DNA of 64,000 nucleotides, taken from the NCBI GenBank assembly GCA_026004395.1, contig BPJB01000001.1, positions 713,226 to 777,225 of the forward strand. The letters are read 5' to 3'. The position numbers were made by a program, and so were the translations under genes. Shown one piece after another: positions 9,913-19,646 of this stretch. A model generated the notes under the pieces. That model ran no database searches and was not told the origin of the DNA. It saw only the letters and a program-made list of their open reading frames with translations. Positions within the stretch are counted from its first letter, which is position 1; each line of letters opens with the position of its first letter. This DNA comes from Patescibacteria group bacterium (GTDB lineage: Bacteria; Patescibacteriota; Microgenomatia; Levybacterales; UBA12049).

Positions 9913-11049
9913 ATGCAACAAAAATCTCCTAAAAATACCGGACAGATAAGCAATCTAAAAATATTAAAAGTAAGACGCTTTCTCCAAACCTATCATGTAG
10001 ATGCAGTTCTTATCTCCTCAATTACTAACATTATCTATCTTACTTCCTACTCTGGATTTTCTTATCATGAAAGAGATGCTTATATTTTAATAACCAAATA
10101 TCAACAATACCTTTTTACTAATACCTTGTATTTTGAAGAAGTAAAGACAGTAGTCAAGGATTTCCAAATTTATGAAATTAATAAAAATAATCCATTCCCT
10201 AAGTTACTTACCAAACTTATAAGAGAAAATAATATTCAAACTCTGGGAATAGAAAGTGATAATCTTACACTTAAAGAATATCAAGATTTGCAAAAAAATA
10301 TCAAAATTAAATTCAAATCCTTATCCCTCTCTTCATTACGAATACAAAAAACAGATGAAGAGATTAAAAAGATTAATCAAGCCTGTAATCTGGGAGATAA
10401 GGCATTCGACTTTATTCTGAAATTTATTAGACCTGGAATAACAGAAAAAGATATAGCTTTTGAAATAGAAACATTTATTCGCAAAAATGGTGGTGAAGTA
10501 GCATTTCCAACTATTGTCGGCTTTGGTAGCAACAGCGCAATACCCCATCACAAAACTAACAATACAGTTCTTCGAAACAACGATATTATTTTGATTGATT
10601 TTGGAGTTCGACTAAACAATTATTGCTCAGATATGACACGAACATTCTTTATTGGCAAACCCACGCAGGAACAAAATATTGTTTATAACATTGTCCGCAA
10701 AGCGCAAAAAAAAGCCCTCGAACTATTGTATCATAAGTTAGTATATGATACACAAAGGAGATATATTACAGCGGCAAGTTTGGATAAAATCGTTAGAGAA
10801 TATATTCTCTCTCAAGGATATCCCTCAATCCCTCACTCCTTAGGACACGGTATTGGCATTCAGGTCCACGAACCTCCAGCATTATCACCTACATCAAAAG
10901 ACAAACTAACTGATGGTATGGTTTTTTCTATTGAACCCGGGATTTATTTACCGGGTAGATTTGGCATCCGGATTGAGGATATATTTGCTATCCAAAACAG
11001 CAAATTAATTCAACTTACAAATGCATCTGTATCTCTTTTACAAATCTAA
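9913..11049 (+). CDS. pepP: Xaa-Pro aminopeptidase (M24 family)
   Basis: M24 pita-bread fold motifs DFGVRLNNYCSDMTRTF, HGIGIQVHEPP and IEPGIY. N-terminal creatinase-like domain. Confidence 0.85.
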   Translation: MQQKSPKNTGQISNLKILKVRRFLQTYHVDAVLISSITNIIYLTSYSGFSYHERDAYILITKYQQYLFTNTLYFEEVKTVVKDFQIYEINKNNPFPKLLTKLIRENNIQTLGIESDNLTLKEYQDLQKNIKIKFKSLSLSSLRIQKTDEEIKKINQACNLGDKAFDFILKFIRPGITEKDIAFEIETFIRKNGGEVAFPTIVGFGSNSAIPHHKTNNTVLRNNDIILIDFGVRLNNYCSDMTRTFFIGKPTQEQNIVYNIVRKAQKKALELLYHKLVYDTQRRYITAASLDKIVREYILSQGYPSIPHSLGHGIGIQVHEPPALSPTSKDKLTDGMVFSIEPGIYLPGRFGIRIEDIFAIQNSKLIQLTNASVSLLQI

Positions 11050-11181
11050 CAAATTTTAGACTTTGCTACTTAATTAAGATCAGCTATAATGTAAATACAC
11101 CAATCTGATACTAGCAGTTATTCTTTTTTTTGTGCTAAATGCAATAAACAACTTAATCTTAGTAATGAATTAAAAGTACAT

Positions 11182-12426
11182 ATGTTAATTCAAACTCTCA
11201 AAGGATTTCGAGATTTCTTGCCACAAGAGGCAAGAAAGAGACAGTATATTGTTAACACCTTAAAAGAGGTGTTTGAGTCATATGGTTTTGAGCCACTGGA
11301 AACACCTGCTCTTGAGTACGATGAGATTTTGTCAGGAAAATATGGAGAAGAAGGAGATAAGCTCATGTATAGTTTCACTGATCGGGGTGGACGTCATGTA
11401 GCATTGAAGTATGATCAGACTGTGCCTTTGGCTCGTGTAGTGGCACAATATGCAAATTCTCTTCCTCTTCCCTTCAAACGCTATCAAATACAGCCGGTAT
11501 GGCGAGCCGAGAATCCACAAAAAGGAAGATTTCGTGAATTTTTACAGTGCGATATTGACACGGTTGGTTCTTCCTCTCCTCTTGCAGATGCGGAGATTAT
11601 TTCAATCATTGTTGATGCCTATGAGACACTAGGATTTAAGAATTTCAAAGTGTTAATTAATGATAGAAAAAACTTATCCACATATAAAACATCATTTGAT
11701 ATTGATCCCGAAAAAATCATTCTGATTATTAGATCCATAGATAAATTAAAAAAAATCGGTTATGATGGCGTTTTAAATGAGCTAATAAGAATTGGTTTTA
11801 CTGAACGAGAAGCAAAAGAAATACTTGATAGCGTTGAGAAAACTCAACCAAGTGAAAACTTAAATGCAATCTTTTCCTATCTTAAGATATTAGGTGTTAC
11901 CAGCGATAAATATGAATTTTTACCAACATTAGCTCGAGGACTTGATTATTATACGGGAATCATTTTCGAAGTTGAGGTTCCTGAATACACTGTTGGATCC
12001 CTCGGTGGAGGTGGCAGATACGATAACTTGATTGGGATTTTTGCAGGAAGACCAATACCGGCTGTTGGCTTTTCATTTGGCTTTGATCGAATTGTTGAAG
12101 CAATGGAAATATTTAATCTTTTTCCTAAAGATTTGATAACCAGTAAAGTACTAGTGACCATATTTTCTCCAGAGTTTCTTACTAACTCCATTGAGATTAG
12201 TTACATCCTACGAGCAAACAATATTCCAACAGAGCTATACCTTGAACCGGAAACAAAAATGGAACGACAGCTAAAATATGCTGATCAAAAAGGTATACCC
12301 TTTGCTGTCATCATTGGGCCTGAGGAGATAAAAGATAATAAAGTTACTCTAAAAAATCTCAAGAAGCGAGAACAAAAACGAATTTCTGTTCAAGAAATCG
12401 CAAAAGAAGTACAAAGAGAATCCTAA
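11182..12426 (+). CDS. hisS: Histidyl-tRNA synthetase
   Basis: Class II aaRS motifs. The N-terminus LKGFRDFLPQEARKRQYI and the motifs RYQIQPVWRAE and GGGRYD, plus a C-terminal anticodon-binding domain. Confidence 0.93.
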   Translation: MLIQTLKGFRDFLPQEARKRQYIVNTLKEVFESYGFEPLETPALEYDEILSGKYGEEGDKLMYSFTDRGGRHVALKYDQTVPLARVVAQYANSLPLPFKRYQIQPVWRAENPQKGRFREFLQCDIDTVGSSSPLADAEIISIIVDAYETLGFKNFKVLINDRKNLSTYKTSFDIDPEKIILIIRSIDKLKKIGYDGVLNELIRIGFTEREAKEILDSVEKTQPSENLNAIFSYLKILGVTSDKYEFLPTLARGLDYYTGIIFEVEVPEYTVGSLGGGGRYDNLIGIFAGRPIPAVGFSFGFDRIVEAMEIFNLFPKDLITSKVLVTIFSPEFLTNSIEISYILRANNIPTELYLEPETKMERQLKYADQKGIPFAVIIGPEEIKDNKVTLKNLKKREQKRISVQEIAKEVQRES

Positions 12427-12515
12427 AATTGATCTAAAATTTTCTTTCCAGCTTACTATTATCTCTTGCATTAAGCCATTTATTGAAAAATTGATTGTAT
12501 TAATGCAACAATATA

Positions 12516-13454
12516 ATGATGAGGTTTTCTAAAACTCAAATTGCTATACTAGCTATCATAGTCACCAATATTATCTGGGGAGCAAGCTCACCTATTTTTA
12601 AATGGTCACTCACTGATATTGGACCCTTCTCCTTTGCATTTCTTCGCTTTTTTATAGCATCGATTCTTCTTTTTCCATTTACTATTCACAATCTGCAAAT
12701 AAACAAAAAAGAACTTATTACCCTTTTTGTATTATCATTTATTGGATTTTTTGTTCATATTTCTCTTTTTCTTTTTGGACTTACCGTATCATCAAGTATA
12801 AACGCACCTATTATCGCCTCCTCAGCTCCGATATTTCTTATTGTTGGATCAATTGTGATGTTGAAAGAGAATATACGGCAAAAAATACTCCTTGGAACAA
12901 TAATTAGTTTAGTAGGGGTCATGATTATTATTCTCAGACCGCTTCTTGATAAAGGATTAGATGGGACAATTATTGGTAATGTACTTTTTGTGATGGCTAC
13001 ACTATCTTTTGTCATCTATACACTCCTTCTTAAGGAATACCGTTTACATATTTCAACAACAAAGATGACATTTTATTTATTTGCAATTGCTACTGTTCTT
13101 TTCTTTCCATTTTTTTTGTGGGAATCGTCTCAACAATCAATATTTAATGAACTGACGAGTAAATCGCTACTAGGAATTCTTTTTGGATCTATCTTCACAT
13201 CAGTTATTGCCTATCTTCTCTATAATTTTGCACTAAAGTATATTCAGGCAAACGAAACTGGAATTTTTCTTTATATTGATCCTATTATTGCAATCCTTAT
13301 CGCAGTGCCACTTCTTGGTGAGCACATAACTCTTTCTTATTTATTAGGTTCTCTTCTCGTCTTCGTGGGGTTATTTATTGCTGAAAATCGTATGCACTAT
13401 CATCCTTTTTGGAAATTGCAGAAAAAATCTGTATTAAGCAATCCGCCTTCCTGA
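12516..13454 (+). CDS. EamA/DMT-family transporter
   Basis: 312 aa with 10 TM helices as two EamA repeats; WGASSPIFKW-type N-terminal motif. Confidence 0.7.
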   Translation: MMRFSKTQIAILAIIVTNIIWGASSPIFKWSLTDIGPFSFAFLRFFIASILLFPFTIHNLQINKKELITLFVLSFIGFFVHISLFLFGLTVSSSINAPIIASSAPIFLIVGSIVMLKENIRQKILLGTIISLVGVMIIILRPLLDKGLDGTIIGNVLFVMATLSFVIYTLLLKEYRLHISTTKMTFYLFAIATVLFFPFFLWESSQQSIFNELTSKSLLGILFGSIFTSVIAYLLYNFALKYIQANETGIFLYIDPIIAILIAVPLLGEHITLSYLLGSLLVFVGLFIAENRMHYHPFWKLQKKSVLSNPPS

Positions 13455-15002
13455 AATATACACATCATCTTCTCGCAAAAATGCAGAAAAGACTACGTTT
13501 TTCTCTTTTTTAGGTGATAATTTTGGGAGATTTTCTGTTATTAAAGCTAAGTGCCTAGTAATAAAAAACTGTTCTTCATTAAGAGATGAAGTTTCAAACC
13601 ATTCTTTATCAACTGTTTCACCAGTAAGAATATACGATTCAAGAAGGCTTTTATCCATATTCATTGCTTGTTTACGAGCGATCAAAAATACTTCAAGAAT
13701 GATACGTTCAACAAATGAGGGCAATGATCGTTGGTACGAACGATAAAGCTTATGTAGTTCTTCCCATGAAGAAAGACTGTTGGATAATAATTCTTGAGAA
13801 ATTAAGCTTCTTGCCATTCTTAAATAATTCTCTTGATTGTCTTCAGTTGCGTTATCCTTTTGTACTACGTAAGATGCATTTTCACTACAATTTACGTTCA
13901 GAGAAAACAAACCTCTTCTAGTTAAGTGGCTAATGACCTCTTCGATGACTTCATAATCATGTCCACTTATCTTAGCAACGTCATCCATTGTACCTCCACG
14001 AAGAAGTACCGGAAGAAAAAACTTTGCTAACAAATCCAAGTATTTCTCTGGAATTTCAGCTTTTCCACACAAAAAAAATTGATCTACATCAGAATTAATT
14101 CTTAGATTTGACTCTGGTAGTATGTTGTTTAATGCAGTTGAGATAAAATGTACATCATCCACCAAATTATTCAAATCTATATGTTGATTGTATTTGCTGT
14201 TATAAAGGTTTAAAACATCCATCATAGAGAGATATGAAAAATTATGCTCACTATCGGCCAAGCCACTTGATACTAACGAAGCATAAATCATCTCAAGTAC
14301 ATTTAATCTTTTTCCTTGTTTACCTTTATTTAGCTTTCTTTTATATTGCTGATAAAGTTCTTCCAGTCGAGGTACTCTTACAGTATCTACTATTTCACGC
14401 GCTTTGACTAAAGCGCGAAAGTATGCTTTCTCTGATTCTGATAAATCTTCTCCTTTTGTTGATGATAATTTTGCGATGAGTGCATCAGCAGAAATACGTT
14501 TGTCTTTTCTAGGGCTTGGCTTACCAAGATGGCTTGTTCTCAGTTTTTGACTAATCTCTTCACGGGTTGGACGAGGTAGAACACCTTTATCTCGCGCATT
14601 TCGTATAACACCTTTTACTTGGCTATAGGATAAATTATGTTTTTCCATCACTTCTTTAATCGACATACCCTGCAGAAGATCTGGCAAAATCATATTTTGC
14701 AATCTACCACGACCCAAATGTGCTCTACTCTTTGCAATTTTGATAGATTCTTCGGTAACAGGAGGAAGAATACCAGCTTTTCGTGCTCTGGCTATTGTAC
14801 ACTTTACAGCATTTATTGACATCTCAGTCTTTTCTGCAATCTCAGAGATTGTCATCTCATGATTAAGATAATAGGAAAAGTAGGGCTTTACTTTGTCTAA
14901 AGATACACCGGGAGCGTTCCGTTTTCGCAACAGAGTAGTTTCTTTTATTACTTGAGAATAGATTTGTGGAATTTCCCTTTTGGGTTTTTGTTCTGTTGAC
15001 AT
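13434..15002 (-). CDS. Hypothetical regulator-like protein with three tandem sigma-70 region-4/LuxR-like HTH modules
   Basis: 522 aa, no TM segments. The N-terminal half carries three ~45-aa repeats of the form M-[TS]-I-x-E-[IV]-[AM]-E-K-x(5,7)-[VY]-[KS]-x-[TV]-I-x-x-A-R-x-[KA]-G-[IV]-L-P. They are MTISEIAEKTEMSINAVKCTIARARKAGILP, MSIKEVMEKHNLSYSQVKGVIRNARDKGVLP and GTMDDVAKISGHDYEVIEEVISHLTRRGLF. It lies immediately downstream of the ECF sigma factor gene. Confidence 0.5.
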   Translation of the reverse strand: MSTEQKPKREIPQIYSQVIKETTLLRKRNAPGVSLDKVKPYFSYYLNHEMTISEIAEKTEMSINAVKCTIARARKAGILPPVTEESIKIAKSRAHLGRGRLQNMILPDLLQGMSIKEVMEKHNLSYSQVKGVIRNARDKGVLPRPTREEISQKLRTSHLGKPSPRKDKRISADALIAKLSSTKGEDLSESEKAYFRALVKAREIVDTVRVPRLEELYQQYKRKLNKGKQGKRLNVLEMIYASLVSSGLADSEHNFSYLSMMDVLNLYNSKYNQHIDLNNLVDDVHFISTALNNILPESNLRINSDVDQFFLCGKAEIPEKYLDLLAKFFLPVLLRGGTMDDVAKISGHDYEVIEEVISHLTRRGLFSLNVNCSENASYVVQKDNATEDNQENYLRMARSLISQELLSNSLSSWEELHKLYRSYQRSLPSFVERIILEVFLIARKQAMNMDKSLLESYILTGETVDKEWFETSSLNEEQFFITRHLALITENLPKLSPKKEKNVVFSAFLREDDVYISGRRIA

Positions 15003-15245
15003 GAAAAACTTTAAACTGGTGTATTATAGGCTTGTAGTATTACTGTTGTCAATTGAGTGAGCATTTTTCCCTGAATGTATATTCCTGTGTTAATTTTGTC
15101 AATGATAAATATTAAGCGCATATCAAAATCTTGCCAACTAACTTTTTACTATGGGTATTATTTTCTTCAAATCACTTTCTATAGAAGATGAGCCTGGAAA
15201 GTTTCTACTTTTGCGTAATCGATGAACACCTTATATTCTATTAAC

Positions 15246-15941
15246 TTATATCTTTCCATTATGTTCTTCAAACACAGTTTTCAGTTTTTGCAGTCCAAGC
15301 CGCCTCCTCGTCTTTACTGTTCCCAAAGGAAGACTTGTTCTCGCAGCAATTTCACTATCTGATATTTCTTGAAAAAAATTAAGCTCAATAACATCTCTTT
15401 GACCATTTGGGAGAGCGCGTAAAGCATCGCGGACAGACTCTTTCTCCTCATTTGCAATTACAATCTCCTCAGGCGTTGAAGAATCACTTATTATCTCATA
15501 CAAAATATCCTCTGCATCTTCAAAATTATCATCAACATTGTGTCTATAATGATTGGATTGTCTTGAGTCGATTTGAGGTCTCCTATTTCTTTTGCGCATC
15601 TCATCAATAACAGTATTACGGGCAATCTGAAATAACCAATTTAAAAAAGTGCCTCTCTCTTGTTCAAAAGATTCTCTATTAATCCATGCTTTTTCAAATA
15701 TTATCTGGCATATATCTTCAATGTCTTCTCGCGTAAATGCGTTTGGACCTACTATACTGCGAATAAATCTCATGTTCATTCTTCTTAACATCTCGAATGC
15801 GTCATTATCATTAAAAACTTCATCAGGCGTCAGAAGATTCTCTTCATCTAAATCATCTGACCTGTTGTCTCTATCTCTATATGAGTTATTTTTTGCTAAT
15901 CTTTCAACTGACATAAAACCCTTTTTTTGCAAAATTATCAA
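15246..15941 (-). CDS. ECF-type RNA polymerase sigma-70 family factor
   Basis: Region 2 (FEKAWINRESFEQERGTFLNWLFQIARNTVIDEMRKR) and region 4 HTH (RDVIELNFFQEISDSEIAARTSLPLGTVKTRRRLGLQKLK). The true start is probably the internal Met at 15914 (MSVERLAKN). Confidence 0.8.
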   Translation of the reverse strand: MIILQKKGFMSVERLAKNNSYRDRDNRSDDLDEENLLTPDEVFNDNDAFEMLRRMNMRFIRSIVGPNAFTREDIEDICQIIFEKAWINRESFEQERGTFLNWLFQIARNTVIDEMRKRNRRPQIDSRQSNHYRHNVDDNFEDAEDILYEIISDSSTPEEIVIANEEKESVRDALRALPNGQRDVIELNFFQEISDSEIAARTSLPLGTVKTRRRLGLQKLKTVFEEHNGKI

Positions 15942-16221
15942 TTTCCTGCTCAGTCAAAATAGTTTTGGGCAATTATATGCAGATAATAGACTCTTGTCAA
16001 TTAAAAAGGGTCCTAAATAATAAAACAACCTTAAAGCTGATTAGCATATTACTCTTTCACCTAAAAATAAAATCTTAGATTTTTCATTTTATTGATATAC
16101 TATATTCAAAATTAATATGCATAAATTAAAAAGAAATTATTTACAAAGTAATAAAATAAAGTCAACTGTCTTTAGCTAGCAATATCTAAAACAATTTAAA
16201 TTATTATTTTTTAGACTAAGT

Positions 16222-17001
16222 TTGTTTGTATTTTTTATTTTTGTATTTTTAACTTTTGCTCATATTTTTCAAAATAATAAAAATATTGATCAACTTCAAA
16301 CTCTGCCAAACACGTCTGATAAAATTGCACCATCATCTAATAAAGTAACAAATGATTTTTATCTTGATATTAAATCAGTATTTTTACTGATAAAAAATAA
16401 ATATAAAAGTAATCTTCTAAAAGGTGATTACTTTAGCATGTGGTGGATTAACACGGATGGCTTAAATATTATTAATGATAATTCAAAAGGCATAGAGCTT
16501 AATATTGATAACTGCGACACACCAACAAATTTAAATTTATGCTTTAAAGAACTGACTCAATTAATTAGTAAAGAGATAAATAAAATTATGAAGCAAAATG
16601 GATTTAAACTAAATCAAATTAATTCATCAAAATCAGTAAATGACGGACAATTTTATGATTACATTCAAGCTTATGAAAAAGGATCAGTTAAAGCAGTACT
16701 GACAGCCAACCCGGATGATTATACAATTTCATTTGTTTTTACAGATAATTTTGACAAAAACTATAAAGAACAATATCCATATTTAAAAGACTTAGAGATA
16801 AAGAATGCTGTTATTCGTATTCAAAAAAAATCAAAAAATTTTATAAAACTGTATGTTCAATATAGAAGAACAGGTGCTTTTATTATTGCAAAAGAAGTAA
16901 ATGGCAAATGGATAAAAGTATATTCAGGGCAAGTGGATCCAAGCTGCAAAGTTGTAAAACAGTATTCAATTCCCAAAGAAATAACTCCAGGTTGTTATTA
17001 A
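16222..17001 (+). CDS. Hypothetical exported/membrane-anchored protein inside an extremely AT-rich islet
   Basis: 259-aa ORF with N-terminal hydrophobic segment MFVFFIFVFLTFAHIF. It is Asn/Lys-rich. The surrounding ~1.3 kb (15950-17330) is far more AT-rich than the neighbouring genes. Confidence 0.45.
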   Translation: MFVFFIFVFLTFAHIFQNNKNIDQLQTLPNTSDKIAPSSNKVTNDFYLDIKSVFLLIKNKYKSNLLKGDYFSMWWINTDGLNIINDNSKGIELNIDNCDTPTNLNLCFKELTQLISKEINKIMKQNGFKLNQINSSKSVNDGQFYDYIQAYEKGSVKAVLTANPDDYTISFVFTDNFDKNYKEQYPYLKDLEIKNAVIRIQKKSKNFIKLYVQYRRTGAFIIAKEVNGKWIKVYSGQVDPSCKVVKQYSIPKEITPGCY

Positions 17002-17333
17002 AAGTACGTCTATATTAGACTGACAATCTAATTTTCTTAAAACAAGTAGCAATTATAATACTCCTATTCTTAAAAAATTGGCTATTAAATATAAGTCTTT
17101 GGTCAAAATAATGAACGATTCTATTGATTTAGCATATTAAAATTAATTCACAGATAAATTATTTATCCACAATTTTATTAAGATTGCAAAGTGCATATTT
17201 GCAATAAGAAATACAAAAATAAAATTTACTATTGTTAGCTAAAGAAAATTTTTTGTAAAAGACAGTAATTTACACATTGTTTAATTAATAATAAAATAAA
17301 ATCTGATAAATTAAATAACATTAAAACCAAAAT

Positions 17334-18059
17334 ATGACAAAAAGAAATAAAATTAAGCTAACGCACCCCGAACCGCATTCAGCAAAATCAGTATCACATT
17401 TAAATTGGCTACGGGCTTCGGTATTAGGCGCAAATGACGGAATTGTTTCCATTGCTGGATTGGTAATAGGTGTAGCAGGAGCAACCAATTCCTCAGGGGT
17501 AATCTTGACTGCGGGACTCGCTGGTATCCTTGCAGGAGCAATATCAATGGCTGCAGGAGAGTATGTATCTGTTAGCAGTTCTCGAGATACTGAAAAGGCA
17601 TTACTAAGAAAAGAAAAATTTGAGTTACAACATTATCCTCAAGAAGAATTTTATGAACTAGTAAAAATTTATGAAAAGAAAGGACTCAGCAGAAAAACTG
17701 CAATGATTGTAGCCAAAGAATTAACAGCTAAAGATGCTTTTAAAGCTCATGTAGATGCAGAATTAGGAATTGATCCTGATAATCTCACTAATCCCTGGCA
17801 TGCAGCACTTGCTTCAGCACTATCATTTATCATGGGTGCTGTTATTCCTTTATTTGCCATATTACTACCCCCAGCTGCAATTCGTATTCCTGTAGCCTTT
17901 CTTTCAGTCATTGTAGCTTTAGCGATTACTGGCATATTGAGTGCAAAAGCAGGTGATGCACATGTTATTAGAGCTACTCTACGAGTTGTATTAGGTGGAG
18001 TCATTGCAATGGTTATAACATATTCTGTTGGAAGAGTATTTGGTGCAAGTGGAATATAA
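17334..18059 (+). CDS. VIT1/CCC1-family iron/manganese transporter
   Basis: The N-terminal cytosolic motif SHLNWLRASVLGANDGIVSIAGLVIGVAGA is diagnostic of the VIT family (DUF125). A central cytoplasmic helical region is followed by C-terminal TM helices. Confidence 0.65.
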   Translation: MTKRNKIKLTHPEPHSAKSVSHLNWLRASVLGANDGIVSIAGLVIGVAGATNSSGVILTAGLAGILAGAISMAAGEYVSVSSSRDTEKALLRKEKFELQHYPQEEFYELVKIYEKKGLSRKTAMIVAKELTAKDAFKAHVDAELGIDPDNLTNPWHAALASALSFIMGAVIPLFAILLPPAAIRIPVAFLSVIVALAITGILSAKAGDAHVIRATLRVVLGGVIAMVITYSVGRVFGASGI

Positions 18060-18222
18060 CTAAAAAATAGTCAATAACACGTTTATATCCTCTATATTTT
18101 ATTAATTTACTAATGATATTAAACAGCTTTTATTAGTATTCCTACTGAAATCTTTTTGTAATTTGATGTACATGTTACTAGCGCTTGTCAATTAGGAAGT
18201 GATAAGATATAATTGATTTGCC

Positions 18223-18522
18223 ATGAAAGCTACAATTCATCCTACATATTATGATAATGCACAAGTCATCTGTGTCTGTGGTAACCGTTTTACCATCGGT
18301 TCAACGCGGGAAATTATCCATGTTGAGCTCTGCAATAAATGTCATCCCTTTTATACAGGTGAACAGAAATTTGTGGATACAGCCTCTCGCATCCAGAAAT
18401 TCCAACAAAAGCAACAAACTGCACAGAATTACAAAATTACCAAAGTTAAAAAACAGGAAGAAAAGAAAAAAGCAGCTGAAGCTCCCAAAACTTTACGCGA
18501 AATGCTTATGTCCCTCAAATAG
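18223..18522 (+). CDS. rpmE: 50S ribosomal protein L31
   Basis: [46 protein letters not shown] with a CxxC...CxxC zinc ribbon. It has an unusual Lys-rich C-terminal extension. Confidence 0.85.
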   Translation: MKATIHPTYYDNAQVICVCGNRFTIGSTREIIHVELCNKCHPFYTGEQKFVDTASRIQKFQQKQQTAQNYKITKVKKQEEKKKAAEAPKTLREMLMSLK

Positions 18523-18658
18523 ATGTTAATCGCCTCAAATGTTATAAAACTCAAAATATTGTTTAGGCATGTATCTAATTATAGCTTAGTCTCAATGACC
18601 CACAATGTAGGTAAACCAAAATAAACTGCAAATTTTAATAAATTTAACAACTATAAGT

Positions 18659-19555
18659 ATGAATGATTATCGCTATACACAGTTAAAAGAAATAGAAAAG
18701 AAAATAGAGGAAACCAAAACTCTACTGCAAGATCCTTCATTGGCAGAACTTGCAAAAGAGGAACTCGATTCTTTGGAAATACAAAAAAAAGCTATTGAAG
18801 AAAGTCTCAAACATTCCCAAGAAGAAGAACGATCAGATGACTTAGACAACAGAAACGTAATTCTTGAAGTAAAAGGGGCTGCTGGAGGAGATGAGGCAAA
18901 TATTTTTGCTGATGAGCTTTTGAGAATGTATATGAGATACGCTGAAAAAAAAGGCTTGAAAACAGAGTTTTTGGATGACAATGTTTTAAAAATATCAGGT
19001 AAAGGAGCGTTTAATGTATTTAAATACGAGGCTGGAGTACATCGTGTCCAGAGAGTTCCCAAAACAGAAAAAAAGGGTCGTATTCATACATCAACTGTTA
19101 CTGTATCAGTACTGCCAGAACTTCAAGATATAGATTTACACATTAATCCGGAAGATATTGAATTTGAAGCATTCCGATCGGGAGGACATGGTGGACAAAA
19201 TGTTAACAAAGTCTCAACAGCTGTACGTCTCATTCACAAACCCACAGGACTTGTCGTTACTTCTCAATCGGAAAGATCTCAAGCCCAAAATCGAGAAATT
19301 GCCATGACACTTCTTCGCGCACGACTCTGGGAACAAGCTGTTGAAAAACAGCAAAAAGAATATGCCTCCCTAAAAGCTACCCAAGTAGGAAGAGGTATGC
19401 GAGCTGAGAAAATTAAAACCTATAACTTCCCCCAGGACCGCATGACAGATCATCGACTTGGTAAATCATGGAGCAATCTTGCTGCTATTCTTGATGGAGA
19501 TATCCCCGAAGAACGTCCTACTGATAATATGCGAAAAGAAGAAGCATCAGAATAA
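18659..19555 (+). CDS. prfA: Peptide chain release factor 1 (short form)
   Basis: GGQ motif ([20 protein letters not shown]) and an RF1-type P-x-T tripeptide ([17 protein letters not shown]), not the SPF of RF2. The N-terminal domain is shorter than in E. coli RF1. Confidence 0.85.
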   Translation: MNDYRYTQLKEIEKKIEETKTLLQDPSLAELAKEELDSLEIQKKAIEESLKHSQEEERSDDLDNRNVILEVKGAAGGDEANIFADELLRMYMRYAEKKGLKTEFLDDNVLKISGKGAFNVFKYEAGVHRVQRVPKTEKKGRIHTSTVTVSVLPELQDIDLHINPEDIEFEAFRSGGHGGQNVNKVSTAVRLIHKPTGLVVTSQSERSQAQNREIAMTLLRARLWEQAVEKQQKEYASLKATQVGRGMRAEKIKTYNFPQDRMTDHRLGKSWSNLAAILDGDIPEERPTDNMRKEEASE

Positions 19556-19646
19556 ATTAAGTATTAAACTAGACAAATCATTAATTTTCAGAACTTAAAT
19601 TCTCAATCAAATAAGAATCAAATAAATTTGAGCAAATATTTGAAAA

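Noticed and set aside
18223-19555. Possible gene fusion or anomaly in rpmE-prfA (short RF1, long L31 tail)
   Set aside because: Both proteins retain their defining motifs. The N-terminally short RF1 and Lys-rich L31 tail are plausible lineage-specific variations, not evidence of a novel element.
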